DNA of 64,000 nt, taken from contig CAWJJM010000003.1 in the NCBI GenBank assembly GCA_963843275.1, positions 117,938 to 181,937 on the forward strand, given 5' to 3'. Positions 41,294-50,748 of the stretch are shown piece after piece (the stretch's first letter is position 1; each line of letters begins with the position of its first letter). Under the pieces are notes generated by a model, which worked only from the letters and a program-made list of their open reading frames with translations, was not told where the DNA came from and searched no databases. A program made the translations under genes and the position numbers. Source of the DNA: an uncultured Acidobacteriota bacterium (lineage in GTDB: Bacteria; Acidobacteriota; Thermoanaerobaculia; Multivoradales; JBCCEF01).

Positions 41294-42586
41294 ATGACCC
41301 CGAAGCACGCATCGCGTCCCCCCTCGGACGACGCCGCCGGCGCCCGCCGGCTGCCCCGTCTCACCCGTCGCCGCCTGGTGTGGGGCGTCGTGCTGCTGGC
41401 CGTGGCCGCCGCCGTGGCCTGGGCGCTGCGCCCGCGGCCGGTGCCGGTCGACGTGGCGCAGGTGACCCGGGGCCCGCTGGAGGTCACCGTGGACGAGGAG
41501 GGCAAGACGCGGGTCCACGAGCGCTACACCGTCTCGGCGCCGGTGGCGGGCACGGTGCTCCGCATCGAGCTCGAGCCGGGCGACGAGGTCCGCGACGGCC
41601 AGACCGTGGCGGTGCTCGAGCCCGCCGCGCCGCCGCTGCTCGACGTGCGGGCGCGGGCCCAGGCCGAGGCGCGGGTGGCGGCGGCGCGGGCGGCGGTCGA
41701 CCGGGCCGCGGCGCAGCGGGACGCGGCGCGGGCCCAGGCCGCCTACGCGGCGTCGGAGCGCGACCGGATGCGCCGGTTGGCGGCCGACCAGGTGGTGTCC
41801 CGCGACCAGATGGAGGAGGCCGAGACGGCCGCGCGCACGGCGGAGGGGGAGGCCGACGCGGCCGGCGCCGCGGAGGTGGCGGCCCGGCAGGAGCTGGCGG
41901 CGGCGCGCGCCGCACTGCTCGGCGCCGGGGCGGCCGGCGCGGACCGCCAGCCGGTCGAGGTGCCGGCGCCGACCGGCGGCGTCGTGCTGCGGCGGCTGCG
42001 CGAGAGCGAGGCGGTGGTGACGGCGGGCGAGCCGCTGCTCGAGCTCGCCGACCCGGCGGACCTCGAGGTGGTCAGCGACCTGCTCTCCACCGACGCGGTG
42101 CGCGTCTCGCCCGGGGACCCGGTGCGCATCGAGCAGTGGGGCGGCGGGCAGCCGCTCTCCGGGGTGGTGCGCCGGGTCGAGCCGGGCGGCTACACCAAGG
42201 TCTCGGCGCTCGGGGTGGAGGAGCAGCGGGTCGACGTGGTCATCGCCTTCACCGCGCCGCGCGAGGCCTGGCAACGCCTCGGCGACGGCTACCGGGTGGA
42301 GGTGCGGGTGGTGGTGTGGCACGCCGCCGACGTGCTCCAGGTGCCGGCCGGGGCGCTGTTCCGGCCCGGCGCCGGCCCCGCGGCCGGCGCGGTGGAGGCG
42401 GGCAGCGCCGACCCGTGGGCGGTGTTCGTGGTCGAGGACGGCCGCGCCGTGCTGCGCCGGGTCGAGGTGGGCCACCGCGGCGAGCTCGCGGTCCAGGTGG
42501 TCGGCGGCCTCGCCGCCGGCGACACCGTGGTGCTGCACCCCGGCGACACCGTGACCGACGACACCCGCGTCACGCCGCGGAAGTGA
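41294..42586 (+). CDS. Efflux periplasmic adaptor (membrane fusion protein)
   Basis: N-terminal TM, lipoyl half-motifs VSAPVAG and VPAPTGG, coiled-coil hairpin, [10 protein letters not shown]. Confidence 0.9.
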   Translation: MTPKHASRPPSDDAAGARRLPRLTRRRLVWGVVLLAVAAAVAWALRPRPVPVDVAQVTRGPLEVTVDEEGKTRVHERYTVSAPVAGTVLRIELEPGDEVRDGQTVAVLEPAAPPLLDVRARAQAEARVAAARAAVDRAAAQRDAARAQAAYAASERDRMRRLAADQVVSRDQMEEAETAARTAEGEADAAGAAEVAARQELAAARAALLGAGAAGADRQPVEVPAPTGGVVLRRLRESEAVVTAGEPLLELADPADLEVVSDLLSTDAVRVSPGDPVRIEQWGGGQPLSGVVRRVEPGGYTKVSALGVEEQRVDVVIAFTAPREAWQRLGDGYRVEVRVVVWHAADVLQVPAGALFRPGAGPAAGAVEAGSADPWAVFVVEDGRAVLRRVEVGHRGELAVQVVGGLAAGDTVVLHPGDTVTDDTRVTPRK

Positions 42587-42599
42587 CGGCGCCGGCCTC

Positions 42600-42637
42600 T
42601 TGACAGCCTACCCGCAAGAGAGTATACGTTAATTAAC
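42600..42637 (+). promoter_or_regulatory. Sigma70-like promoter with palindromic site
   Basis: TTGACA at 42600-42605, an AT-rich -10 region (TATACGTT) 17 bp later, and the perfect palindrome GTTAATTAAC at 42628-42637. Confidence 0.55.
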
Positions 42638-42639
42638 TT

Positions 42640-42975
42640 GAGTGGAGGAACGCCGCCGCCCGTTCTCTCGGGCGGCGCCGGGTCGGCCGGGACGCCTTGG
42701 TGCCGAAGGGGGCCAGAAGTGGCGTCCGGCGGTCCGCTTCCTCCACTCCCCGGCGACCGCGTGTCGGCGGTTCGGCCGACCGGGAGAGGGGCATCCATCG
42801 CACCGCCCTTGTGAAGACGGCCCTGACCAAGAGGAGGACCTGGCCGAGCGACCACAGGACGGCCGCTAGTAGCTAGCGCAGTAGCGTCGCTGGCGCATGT
42901 GACGAGCGAACACTTTCCTTGGCAACTCTGGTGAAGGAGTGGCGATGAGCGCTGCCGTGAAGGCAGCCTGTGGTC
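42640..42975 (+). ncRNA. Candidate structured ncRNA or 5' leader (family not recognised)
   Basis: Long-range pairings GAGTGGAGGAA/TTCCTCCACTC and GACCACAGG/CCTGTGGTC each enclose several hairpins; no credible ORF; starts just after a promoter. Confidence 0.4.
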
Positions 42976-42997
42976 TTTGAGACGGAGCGAAACGACC

Positions 42998-43819
42998 ATG
43001 GAAAGAAGGAACTGGCAGATCTGTGTTGCAGCGGTTGCGTTGGGAGTCTTCGCAATTGTCGCGGCCAGTGCTGACCCGGCAACGGGATCAGGCACGTGTC
43101 GGAGTCGGCTGGACCAGGCGGAGAAGGCCCTTCGCCAGGCCTACGACGGAGCACAGACCGTCGCGGAGGCGGATGGCGAGGCGCGGATCGCGGCGGCGCT
43201 GGAGCTCAACGAGGCGGCGATCGCGGCGTGTGACGCGACGACCGACCTCTCGCTCCAGGACCAGGCGTATCTGGCGGTCCGCAAGGCAACCGTCCTGGAG
43301 ACGAAGCACGATTCCCAGGACTCCCTCGTCGTCTATCGGGACGCTCTGATCCGGATCACCGCGCAGGCCGGCGACGATGATCCGGTGCGGATCCCGCTGC
43401 TTCAGGGGGAGGGGAACGCTCTCGCGGCAGCGGCGAACCACGGAGAGGCGAGCAGCGAGTTGACGCCGGAAGCGGTTGCCGACCTCCGGCAGCGCTCGCT
43501 CGACGATTACGAGGAGGCGATGCGTGTCCGCGTTGCCGCCTACGGCGAGGAGAGCGTCGAGGCGGCGATCGGGCTTCGGTGGTTGGCCACCTACTTTCAA
43601 ACCACCACCGATCTGAAGCGGGCCGAGGCCCTGGCGCGCCGGTCGGTCGCCGTCGCCGAAAAGGCCCGCGGGCTCTACGATCCCGAGGTCTGGCTCTCGC
43701 TGGCGTCGCTCTCCTCCATCTTGAGGGACCAGCGCCGTTTCGACGAGGTCGACTCGGTGCAGGCCCTCAGCGACCAAATCTACAGGGAGCTGGAGCGGCG
43801 CGGCATCCCCATCGAGTGA
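42998..43819 (+). CDS. Secreted TPR-like helical protein
   Basis: SD GGAG before the ATG; signal peptide; kinesin-light-chain-type TPR pattern (AEALARRSVAVAEKARG...SLASLSSILRDQRRFDE). Confidence 0.7.
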   Translation: MERRNWQICVAAVALGVFAIVAASADPATGSGTCRSRLDQAEKALRQAYDGAQTVAEADGEARIAAALELNEAAIAACDATTDLSLQDQAYLAVRKATVLETKHDSQDSLVVYRDALIRITAQAGDDDPVRIPLLQGEGNALAAAANHGEASSELTPEAVADLRQRSLDDYEEAMRVRVAAYGEESVEAAIGLRWLATYFQTTTDLKRAEALARRSVAVAEKARGLYDPEVWLSLASLSSILRDQRRFDEVDSVQALSDQIYRELERRGIPIE

Positions 43820-43907
43820 CGATCGCCGCACCGAGCGGCCGTGCCTTGGGCGGGCGGCCGGCGCTGCACGCGCCGCTGGCCGCCCGGTCCGCCGCTCGGC
43901 CGGGACC

Positions 43908-44918
43908 TCAGGGCGCGACCGAGAGGATCTTCTCGATCTTCGCCGGGTCGTCGGGGAGCAGCCCGGCGGCCGGTAGCCGGGGCACCAGGCGGGCCCAGCG
44001 GGGCTCGGCGGCGAAGACCTGGCGGAAGATGTCCAGCGCCTCGTCCTCGTGGCCCTCCACGAACAGGGTGGCGGCCTGCCAGAAGGGCAGCTCGGCGACC
44101 TCCGGGGCGAGCTTCGCGGCGCCGGAGTAGTGCTGGAGGGCGGCGGCGAAGTCGTCGTGCGCCACCGCCTCGTCGCCGGCGTTCATCTCGTCGTAGGCGC
44201 GGTGCAGGCGGAGCAGGCGCGCCAGCTCCTCGAGCGGCTGCGGCGAGTCGTCGACGCGCAGGTCCACCAACCGGTCGCGCCACGGGTCGCCGGTGGTCTT
44301 GGCGCGCACGATCAGCAGCGCCGCGCTCTGCCGGCCGCGGATGTCGCCCCCTTCGGCCTGCGCCGCCCGCAGCGCCGCGAGGAGCGCGTCGGCGAAGTCC
44401 TGCGCCGGGTCGTCCCGCGCCGCCTCGTAGGCGCGCGCCATCGCCGGCCAGACGGTCGGCTGGTCCATCAGGTTCGCCTGCACCGAGTAGCCGTCGCCGG
44501 TCTGGTGGCCGGCGGCCTCGATGCAGCGCCTGCCGGTCCAGGCGGCCACCTGGCCGGCGGCGTCGACCATCGCCACCTGGCGCACGTCGCGCTGGTCGTC
44601 GGCCGCGAGGAGCTGGTCGAGGGCGTCGGCGGGGCTCCAGCCGCCGGCCATCAGGGCCAGCCCGCGCGGCCCGTAGGCCGGCTCGACGAACGACTGCGTG
44701 GCGACGGCGCCGACCCCGGCCTCGGCCCAGGGCACCACCGTGCCGACCTGGAACCAGTGGCTCTGCACCGCCACCCCGAGCTGGCCGGTGGCCGGGTCGC
44801 GGGCGACGATCGAGTAGGTGTGGGCGAGCGGCCCCGCCGGCCGGCCGGGGGCGGCGGCATGGGCGGGTGCGGCGGCGAGGGCCACCGCGACGAGCGGCAG
44901 CAGCGACAGGCGTGTCAT
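43908..44918 (-). CDS. DUF1028 (Ntn-hydrolase-like) protein with C-terminal TPR
   Basis: Signal peptide followed by TYSIVARD; GAVATQS, GGDIRGRQSAAL and DLRVDD motifs. Confidence 0.87.
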   Translation of the reverse strand: MTRLSLLPLVAVALAAAPAHAAAPGRPAGPLAHTYSIVARDPATGQLGVAVQSHWFQVGTVVPWAEAGVGAVATQSFVEPAYGPRGLALMAGGWSPADALDQLLAADDQRDVRQVAMVDAAGQVAAWTGRRCIEAAGHQTGDGYSVQANLMDQPTVWPAMARAYEAARDDPAQDFADALLAALRAAQAEGGDIRGRQSAALLIVRAKTTGDPWRDRLVDLRVDDSPQPLEELARLLRLHRAYDEMNAGDEAVAHDDFAAALQHYSGAAKLAPEVAELPFWQAATLFVEGHEDEALDIFRQVFAAEPRWARLVPRLPAAGLLPDDPAKIEKILSVAP

Positions 44919-45060
44919 CGGGATCTCCTCTCGGGCGGAACGGGACCCGGCGATCATCCCACAGCCCCGCCCCGCCCGCCGCTCCGGTCGGCCGCTCCCC
45001 GGCGCCCCGTCGCGGCGTCGCAAATTGCCGCCCGCGGGGTGTGCTGATAGCGTCGGTGCC

Positions 45061-45948
45061 ATGACGACGGCACCGACGACGCCTCGACCGGCGGCCACCA
45101 CCACCGTGCGCATCGCCCACAGCCCGGACTCCGACGACGCCTTCATGTTCTACGCCCTGACCCAGGGCAAGCTCGACACCGAGGGGCTGGCGGTCCGCCA
45201 CGTGCTGTCCGACATCGAGAGCCTCAACCGCGCCGCCTTCGAGGGCACCTACGACATCACCGCGATCTCCTTCCACGCCTACGCCCACCTCCACGACCGC
45301 TACCGGCTGATGCCGTCGGGCGCCAGCTTCGGCGACGGGTACGGACCGGTCGTGGTGGCCCGGGAGGGGATGGACGGCCGCGCCCTCGCCGGCCGCCGGG
45401 TGGCGATCCCGGGCGAGCTCACCACCGCCGCGCTGGCGCTCGGGCTGTGGTGCCGCCGCCTGGGGATCGCCGTCGAGACCGAGGTCGTGCCCTTCGACCG
45501 CATCCTCGAGACGGTGGCGGCCGGCGAGCACGACGCCGGCGTGGTGATCCACGAGGGCCAGCTCACCTTCGGCGACGAGGGGCTGTCGGCGGTGGTCGAC
45601 CTGGGTGCCTGGTGGCAGGGCGAGACCGCCCTGCCGCTCCCCCTCGGTGGCAACGCCATCCGCCGCGACCTGCCGCCCGACCTCACCCGGCGGCTCTGCC
45701 GGCTGCTGACCGAGTCGATCGACTTCGCGCTCGACCACCGCGAGGAGGCCCTCGGCTACGCGGTGCGCTACGCCCGCGGCCTGGAGGACGATCCGGAGCG
45801 CTCCGATCGTTTCGTGGGCATGTACGTCAACGAGTGGACCCGGGGGTACGGCGAGGCCGGCCGCCGGGCGGTGCAGACGCTGCTCGACCGCGGCCACGAG
45901 GCCGGCCTGCTGCCCGCCCGGGTCGAGGCCGACTTCGTGTCCGTGTGA
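45061..45948 (+). CDS. mqnD: 1,4-dihydroxy-6-naphthoate synthase (futalosine menaquinone pathway)
   Basis: AHSPDSDDAFMFY, DIESLN, GYGP, IHEGQL, LPLPLGG and MYVN motifs. Confidence 0.87.
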   Translation: MTTAPTTPRPAATTTVRIAHSPDSDDAFMFYALTQGKLDTEGLAVRHVLSDIESLNRAAFEGTYDITAISFHAYAHLHDRYRLMPSGASFGDGYGPVVVAREGMDGRALAGRRVAIPGELTTAALALGLWCRRLGIAVETEVVPFDRILETVAAGEHDAGVVIHEGQLTFGDEGLSAVVDLGAWWQGETALPLPLGGNAIRRDLPPDLTRRLCRLLTESIDFALDHREEALGYAVRYARGLEDDPERSDRFVGMYVNEWTRGYGEAGRRAVQTLLDRGHEAGLLPARVEADFVSV

Positions 45949-45982
45949 ACGGCGGGTTCCCGAAGCCACCGCGAGGCGCACC

Positions 45983-46681
45983 CTGGACGAGCCCCTCTCA
46001 CCCCCGGCGGGTCTGATCTTCGACCTCGACGGCACCCTGGTCGACTCGCGCCGCGATCTGAGCGTGGCGATCAACCGGATGCGCGTCGACTACGGCTGGG
46101 ACGCCCTGCCGATGGAGGCGGTGATCTCGATGGTCGGCGAGGGCGCCCGCGTCCTCGTCGCCTCGGCGGTCGGCGTCCACCCGGCGTCCGAGCGGGTGCC
46201 GGAGACCATCGACCGGGCGCTCGAGCGGTTCTTCCGCCACTACGACGCCGTGTGCCTGGAGACCACTCGCCCCTACCCGGGGGTCGAGCAGATGCTCGAG
46301 GACCTGGCGGCGCGCTACCCGCTGTCGCTCTACACCAACAAGCCGGAGCGCTTCGTCCACAAGATCCTCGGCGGCCTCGACCTGGAGCGCTACTTCCCCG
46401 ACCTGCTGGGGGGTGACAGCCTGCCGTCGCGCAAGCCCGAGCCGCCCGGCGTGCGCCACCTGGCCGAGCGCATGGGCGTACAGGTCGCGGCCGCGATGCT
46501 GGTCGGCGACAGCCGCGTCGACGCCGCCACCGCCCGCGCCGCCGGCTGCCGCTTCGCCTTCGCCGAGTGGGGGTTCGCGGAGAACGCGGAGCGCCAGGAG
46601 ATCCGCGACCGCTTCCGTCCCGAGGTCAAGGCCGCCAACCCCGGGCAGCTCGCCCGCCGCCTCCTCGATCTCGACGACTGA
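45983..46681 (+). CDS. HAD-family phosphatase (phosphoglycolate phosphatase-like)
   Basis: IFDLDGTLVDS at 46016, TNK, KPEP and VGDSRVD motifs. No in-frame ATG/GTG upstream of motif I; CTG at 45983 after GAGG is taken as a provisional start. Confidence 0.8.
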   Translation: MDEPLSPPAGLIFDLDGTLVDSRRDLSVAINRMRVDYGWDALPMEAVISMVGEGARVLVASAVGVHPASERVPETIDRALERFFRHYDAVCLETTRPYPGVEQMLEDLAARYPLSLYTNKPERFVHKILGGLDLERYFPDLLGGDSLPSRKPEPPGVRHLAERMGVQVAAAMLVGDSRVDAATARAAGCRFAFAEWGFAENAERQEIRDRFRPEVKAANPGQLARRLLDLDD

Positions 46682-46693
46682 GCCGGCGCGCGG

Positions 46694-47107
46694 TCAGACC
46701 GGCCGCGCGCTCGCCAGCCGGAAGGGGTGGGGGAGGAGCTCGGAGAGTCTCTCCTCGACCCGCTCGCCGCGCTCGTTGGCGCACAGCACCGGCAGGTCCG
46801 CGCCGCCGGTCAGCTCGACCAGCGACTGGCGGCACAGGCCGCAGGGCCGGGCCGGCGGCGTCGAGTCGGTGACCACGGCCAGGGCGGCGAGGTCGCGGTG
46901 CCCCGCCGACAGCGCCGCCGCCAGGGCGTTGCGCTCGGCGCAGGTCGACAGCGCCGGGACGTCGTACTCCACGTTGCCGGCGGCGAACACCGCGCCGTCG
47001 GCGGTGCGCACCGCGGCCCCGACGCGGTAGCCGCTGTGCGGGGCGTGGGCGTGACGCCGGGCGCGGCGGGCGGCGGCGAGCAGGGGCTCCCAGTCGAGGC
47101 TCGGCAC
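46694..47107 (-). CDS. cdd: Cytidine deaminase
   Basis: APHSGYRVGAA, GNVE, CAERNAL and PCGLCRQ motifs. Confidence 0.92.
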   Translation of the reverse strand: MPSLDWEPLLAAARRARRHAHAPHSGYRVGAAVRTADGAVFAAGNVEYDVPALSTCAERNALAAALSAGHRDLAALAVVTDSTPPARPCGLCRQSLVELTGGADLPVLCANERGERVEERLSELLPHPFRLASARPV

Positions 47108-47290
47108 GGGCGTGGAATCTACCAGAGCCCGCCCCCGGGACGCGGTCGCGCCCCGCCCCGCGGGAGGGGCGCGGAATCGCCCGTCTGTGATAGCTTTTTC
47201 GTCGGTTCCCCCGGTCCTTCCCCCACACGAGCCGCGCGCGACCGGGGGTCGTCTCACCACCTGTTCTCGCCACACGAGAGGGAGATCGCC

Positions 47291-48214
47291 ATGGATCACA
47301 AAGTCACCGTCGTGGGCGCCGGGCATGTCGGCGCCACCACCGCGCAGCGGATCGCGGAGGCCGAGCTCGCCGACGTGGTGATGGTCGACATCGCCGCCGA
47401 CCTGGCCACCGGCAAGGCGCTGGACATGATGGAGTCGGCGCCGGTGCTGGGCTTCAACGCCACCATCACCGGGGGCGGCGACTACGCCCCCACCGCCGGC
47501 TCCGACATCTGCGTCGTCACCGCCGGGCTGGCCCGCAAGCCGGGGATGAGCCGCGACGACCTGCTGCGCAAGAACACCGAGATCACCGAGGCGGTGATCA
47601 CCGAGCTGGTGGCGCGGTCGCCGGAGACCATCCTGATCATGGTCACCAACCCGCTCGACGCGATGTGCGAGGTGGCCCGGCGCGTGTCGGGCTTCCCGCG
47701 CCGGCGCGTCCTCGGCATGGCCGGCGTGCTCGACGCCGCCCGCATGCGCTACTTCATCGCCGCCGAGCTCGGCGTGTCGGTGCAGGACGTCGACGCCTTC
47801 GTCCTCGGCGGCCACGGCGACACCATGGTGCCGCTGCCGCGCTTCTCCACCGTCAACGGCATCCCGCTGCCGAACCTGCTCGCCGCCGACAAGATCGAGG
47901 CGATCAACGACCGCACCCGCAAGGGCGGCGCCGAGATCGTCAACTACTACAAGGAGGGCTCGGCCTACTACGCTCCCTCCGCGGCGGTGGTCGAGATGGT
48001 CGCGGCGATCCTGCGCGACAAGAAGAAGATCCTCCCCTGCGCGGTGTACCTCGAGGGCGAGTACGGCCTCGACGGGCTGTTCGTCGGTGTGCCGGCGAAG
48101 CTCGGCCGCCGCGGCATGGAGGAGGTCGTCGAGCTCGAGCTGACCGCCGAGGAGCGGCAGGCGCTCGAGAAGTCGGCCGAGGCGGTGCGCGGCCTGGTCA
48201 CCGCGCTGGGCTGA
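47291..48214 (+). CDS. mdh: Malate dehydrogenase (LDH-like)
   Basis: VGAGHVG, TAGLARKPGMSRDDLL, TNPLD, LGGHGD and GSAYYAP motifs. Confidence 0.94.
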   Translation: MDHKVTVVGAGHVGATTAQRIAEAELADVVMVDIAADLATGKALDMMESAPVLGFNATITGGGDYAPTAGSDICVVTAGLARKPGMSRDDLLRKNTEITEAVITELVARSPETILIMVTNPLDAMCEVARRVSGFPRRRVLGMAGVLDAARMRYFIAAELGVSVQDVDAFVLGGHGDTMVPLPRFSTVNGIPLPNLLAADKIEAINDRTRKGGAEIVNYYKEGSAYYAPSAAVVEMVAAILRDKKKILPCAVYLEGEYGLDGLFVGVPAKLGRRGMEEVVELELTAEERQALEKSAEAVRGLVTALG

Positions 48215-48244
48215 GGCCCGCGCGCCGGCGCCGCCGGAAACCCG

Positions 48245-48299
48245 GGGCGCCCTCCGGTCGTACCTGTCGGGAACGACCGGAGCGGCGCCCGTTTCTTTT
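48245..48299 (+). terminator. Rho-independent terminator after mdh
   Basis: Stem GGGCGCC-CTCCGGTCGT / ACGACCGGAG-C-GGCGCCC followed by GTTTCTTTT. Confidence 0.7.
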
Positions 48300-48326
48300 G
48301 GCGTCGCCGGGCGGGTGGAAGGGGAC

Positions 48327-50744
48327 ATGGCGAAGAGCAACTCCTGGAAGCTCCTGATCTGGACGCTGGCCGGCCTCGCCGGGGCCGCCGCCCTGCTGTG
48401 GGCGTACCCGCGGGTGTTCCCCTTCGCCCCGCACCACTGGACGGTGACCAAGGACGAGGCCACCGCCGTCGCCCTGGAACGGTTGCGCGACCTGGGCGAT
48501 CCGGTGCCCGGCGCGCTGGTGGTCACCGTGTTCTCGCAGACCGCGCCGATCGAGGCGCGGCTGCTGCGCGCCCTGCGCGCGGGGGGCGACCTCGAGCGGC
48601 TGCGCGACAGTCTGCTGGCCGGGCAGAGCGTGGACTGGCGGGTCACCGTCTACCCGCCGGGGGCGCGCCCCTTCGAATGGGCCTACCGGGCCCGCATCTC
48701 TCTCGACGGCCGGGTGCTCGATCTGGTGCGACGGGTGCCCGAGGAGCACGAGGCGCCGGGGATCGACCCCGCCGTCGCCCGGCGCCGCGCCGACGCCTTC
48801 CTGCGCACGGAAGGCTTCGGCCTCGACGACTTCGGGGAGCCGGTGGTCCGCCGCCAGGACCTGCAGGCCCGCACCGACCTGTCGCTGCGCTACCCGGCGA
48901 AGGAGGCGGTGCTGGCGACCGAGGTTCCGTACGGGATCGAGGTGACCTTCGCCGGCGACGAGCTGACCGGCTTCCAGCTCTGGTACGACATCCCCGACGT
49001 CAAGGAGATCCAGGCCTCCCTGCAGCCGATCAACCTGATGAGCCAGGTGCGGGTGATGATGGCCTTCCTGCTCTTCCCCGGGGTGGCGGTCGTCTTCCTG
49101 CGCCGCTACCACGCCGGCGAGGTGGGGGTGCGGCGGGCGGTCCAGATCTTCGTCCTCGCCTTCGTGGCCGGCGGGATGCTCATCCTGCTGGCCGGCGCCT
49201 CGGCGAGCGAGGGCACCAACTTCGGCATCCTCAGCCGCCGCCAGGTGGCCTGGGCCTGGAGCCTGCAGATCGTCATCCTCTGGTTCAGCGTCATGGCGCT
49301 GGTGGCGGCCCTGTCGTGGGCGGTGGGCGAGTGGTTCTGCCGCTCCCGCTGGCCGCAGAAGCTGGCCGGCTTCGACGCCCTGTTCACCGGCCGTTGGGCC
49401 AACGCGACCCTGGCGCGGTCGTCGTTCCGCGGCCTGATGGCGGGCCTGGCGCTGGCCGGCGGCGAGACGCTGCTGCTGCTGCTGGTGCCGGCGCGCTCGA
49501 CCGCGCCGATGTTCTCGCTGACCCTCGGGCCGTGGTGGGAGAGCGCCAGCTGGCCGGGGTTGGCGCTGCTCGCCTTCACCCTCGCCTACGGGCTCTACAG
49601 CGAGCTGTTCGCCCGCCTGTTCCTGCTCTCGGCGGCGTCGCGCCGCCTGGGGCGATGGGGGGCGGGCATCGTGGTGTCGGCGCTCTCCGCCGTCGCCTTC
49701 TGGCCGGTCGTCTCCGGGGGGAGCCTGTCGTCGAACCTGGTGTGGGGATTCGCCGGGGCGGCGGTCCTCGCGACGCTGTTCTTCGCCGGCGACCTGCTGA
49801 CCGCGCTGACCGCGGCGATCACCGCCGACCTCGCCTTCGGCGCGATGCCGTTCCTGCTCGCCGACGACTCCTTCCTGCGCTTCCAGGGCGCCCTGCCGCT
49901 GCTGCTGGTGGCGTTGCCGACGCTGGTGAGCCTCAAGGACCTGGTGGGCGGGTCGGAGCTGCAGTACCGCTGGGAGGACGTGCCGCCGCACGTGCGCCGC
50001 ATCGCCGAGCGCGAGCGCCAGCGGGTGGAGCTGGAGACGGCGCGCCGCATCCAGAGCTCGATCCTGCCGGAGCTGCCGCCGCGGCTCGCCGGGGTCGACA
50101 TCGCCCACGCCTACCTGCCGGCGAGCGAGGTGGGGGGCGACTTCTACGACGTGCTGGCGCTCGAGGACGGCCGGCTGGCCGTGGCGGTGGGCGACGTCGC
50201 CGGCCACGGCGTCTCCAGCGGACTGGTGATGTCGATGGCCAAGTCGGCGCTCGCCGTCCAGGTGTCCTTCGATCCGTCGGTCGAGAAGGTCTTCCACACC
50301 CTCAACCGGACCGTCTACCAGACGGCGCGCAAGCGCTTGCTGGCCACCCTCTGCTACGCGCTGATCGACCCGTCGCGCCGGGAGATGCTGTACGCCTCCG
50401 CCGGGCACCTGTTCCCCTACCGGATCGGCCGCGACGGCCGGGTGGAGGCGCTCGAGTCGGTCGCCTACCCGCTGGGCGTGCGCGGCGAGCTCGACGTGCT
50501 CGCCAAGGAGGCCCATCTGGCGGCCGGCGACACCCTCTTCCTGTTCAGCGACGGCATCGTCGAGGCGCGGCGGGAGGGGACCGACGAGCCCTTCGGCTTC
50601 ACCCGTCTCGAGGAGAGCCTGCGACGCCACGGCGCCGAATCGGTCGAACGCCTGCGCGACGCGGTGCTGGCGGAGGTGGCGGACTTCGCCGGGCTGGCGC
50701 CGCGCGAGGACGATTTCACGGTCTTGGTCCTCCGCCTCCCCTAA
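48327..50744 (+). CDS. Membrane-bound PP2C/SpoIIE (RsbU-like) phosphatase
   Basis: C-terminal VGGDFYD, GDVAGHG, FSDG and DDFT motifs; N-terminal extracytoplasmic domain and many TM helices. Confidence 0.88.
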   Translation: MAKSNSWKLLIWTLAGLAGAAALLWAYPRVFPFAPHHWTVTKDEATAVALERLRDLGDPVPGALVVTVFSQTAPIEARLLRALRAGGDLERLRDSLLAGQSVDWRVTVYPPGARPFEWAYRARISLDGRVLDLVRRVPEEHEAPGIDPAVARRRADAFLRTEGFGLDDFGEPVVRRQDLQARTDLSLRYPAKEAVLATEVPYGIEVTFAGDELTGFQLWYDIPDVKEIQASLQPINLMSQVRVMMAFLLFPGVAVVFLRRYHAGEVGVRRAVQIFVLAFVAGGMLILLAGASASEGTNFGILSRRQVAWAWSLQIVILWFSVMALVAALSWAVGEWFCRSRWPQKLAGFDALFTGRWANATLARSSFRGLMAGLALAGGETLLLLLVPARSTAPMFSLTLGPWWESASWPGLALLAFTLAYGLYSELFARLFLLSAASRRLGRWGAGIVVSALSAVAFWPVVSGGSLSSNLVWGFAGAAVLATLFFAGDLLTALTAAITADLAFGAMPFLLADDSFLRFQGALPLLLVALPTLVSLKDLVGGSELQYRWEDVPPHVRRIAERERQRVELETARRIQSSILPELPPRLAGVDIAHAYLPASEVGGDFYDVLALEDGRLAVAVGDVAGHGVSSGLVMSMAKSALAVQVSFDPSVEKVFHTLNRTVYQTARKRLLATLCYALIDPSRREMLYASAGHLFPYRIGRDGRVEALESVAYPLGVRGELDVLAKEAHLAAGDTLFLFSDGIVEARREGTDEPFGFTRLEESLRRHGAESVERLRDAVLAEVADFAGLAPREDDFTVLVLRLP

Positions 50745-50748
50745 CCCC

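Noticed and set aside
42607-42634. Possible dif/Xer site (ATACGTTAATT resembles the XerD arm)
   Set aside because: The XerC arm matches poorly (about 5 of 11), and the region is better explained as a promoter.
42640-42975. Assignment to SRP RNA, tmRNA, RNase P, glycine/lysine riboswitch, hammerhead or group II intron domain V
   Set aside because: Only isolated words match (GCCGAAGG, GATGA...GAAAC, GGAGAGGGG); the required conserved cores are absent.
48227-48251. Alternative hairpin overlapping the mdh terminator (possible antiterminator)
   Set aside because: Made only of GC palindromes (GGCGCC, CCGG) expected by chance at this composition; no leader peptide or aptamer.
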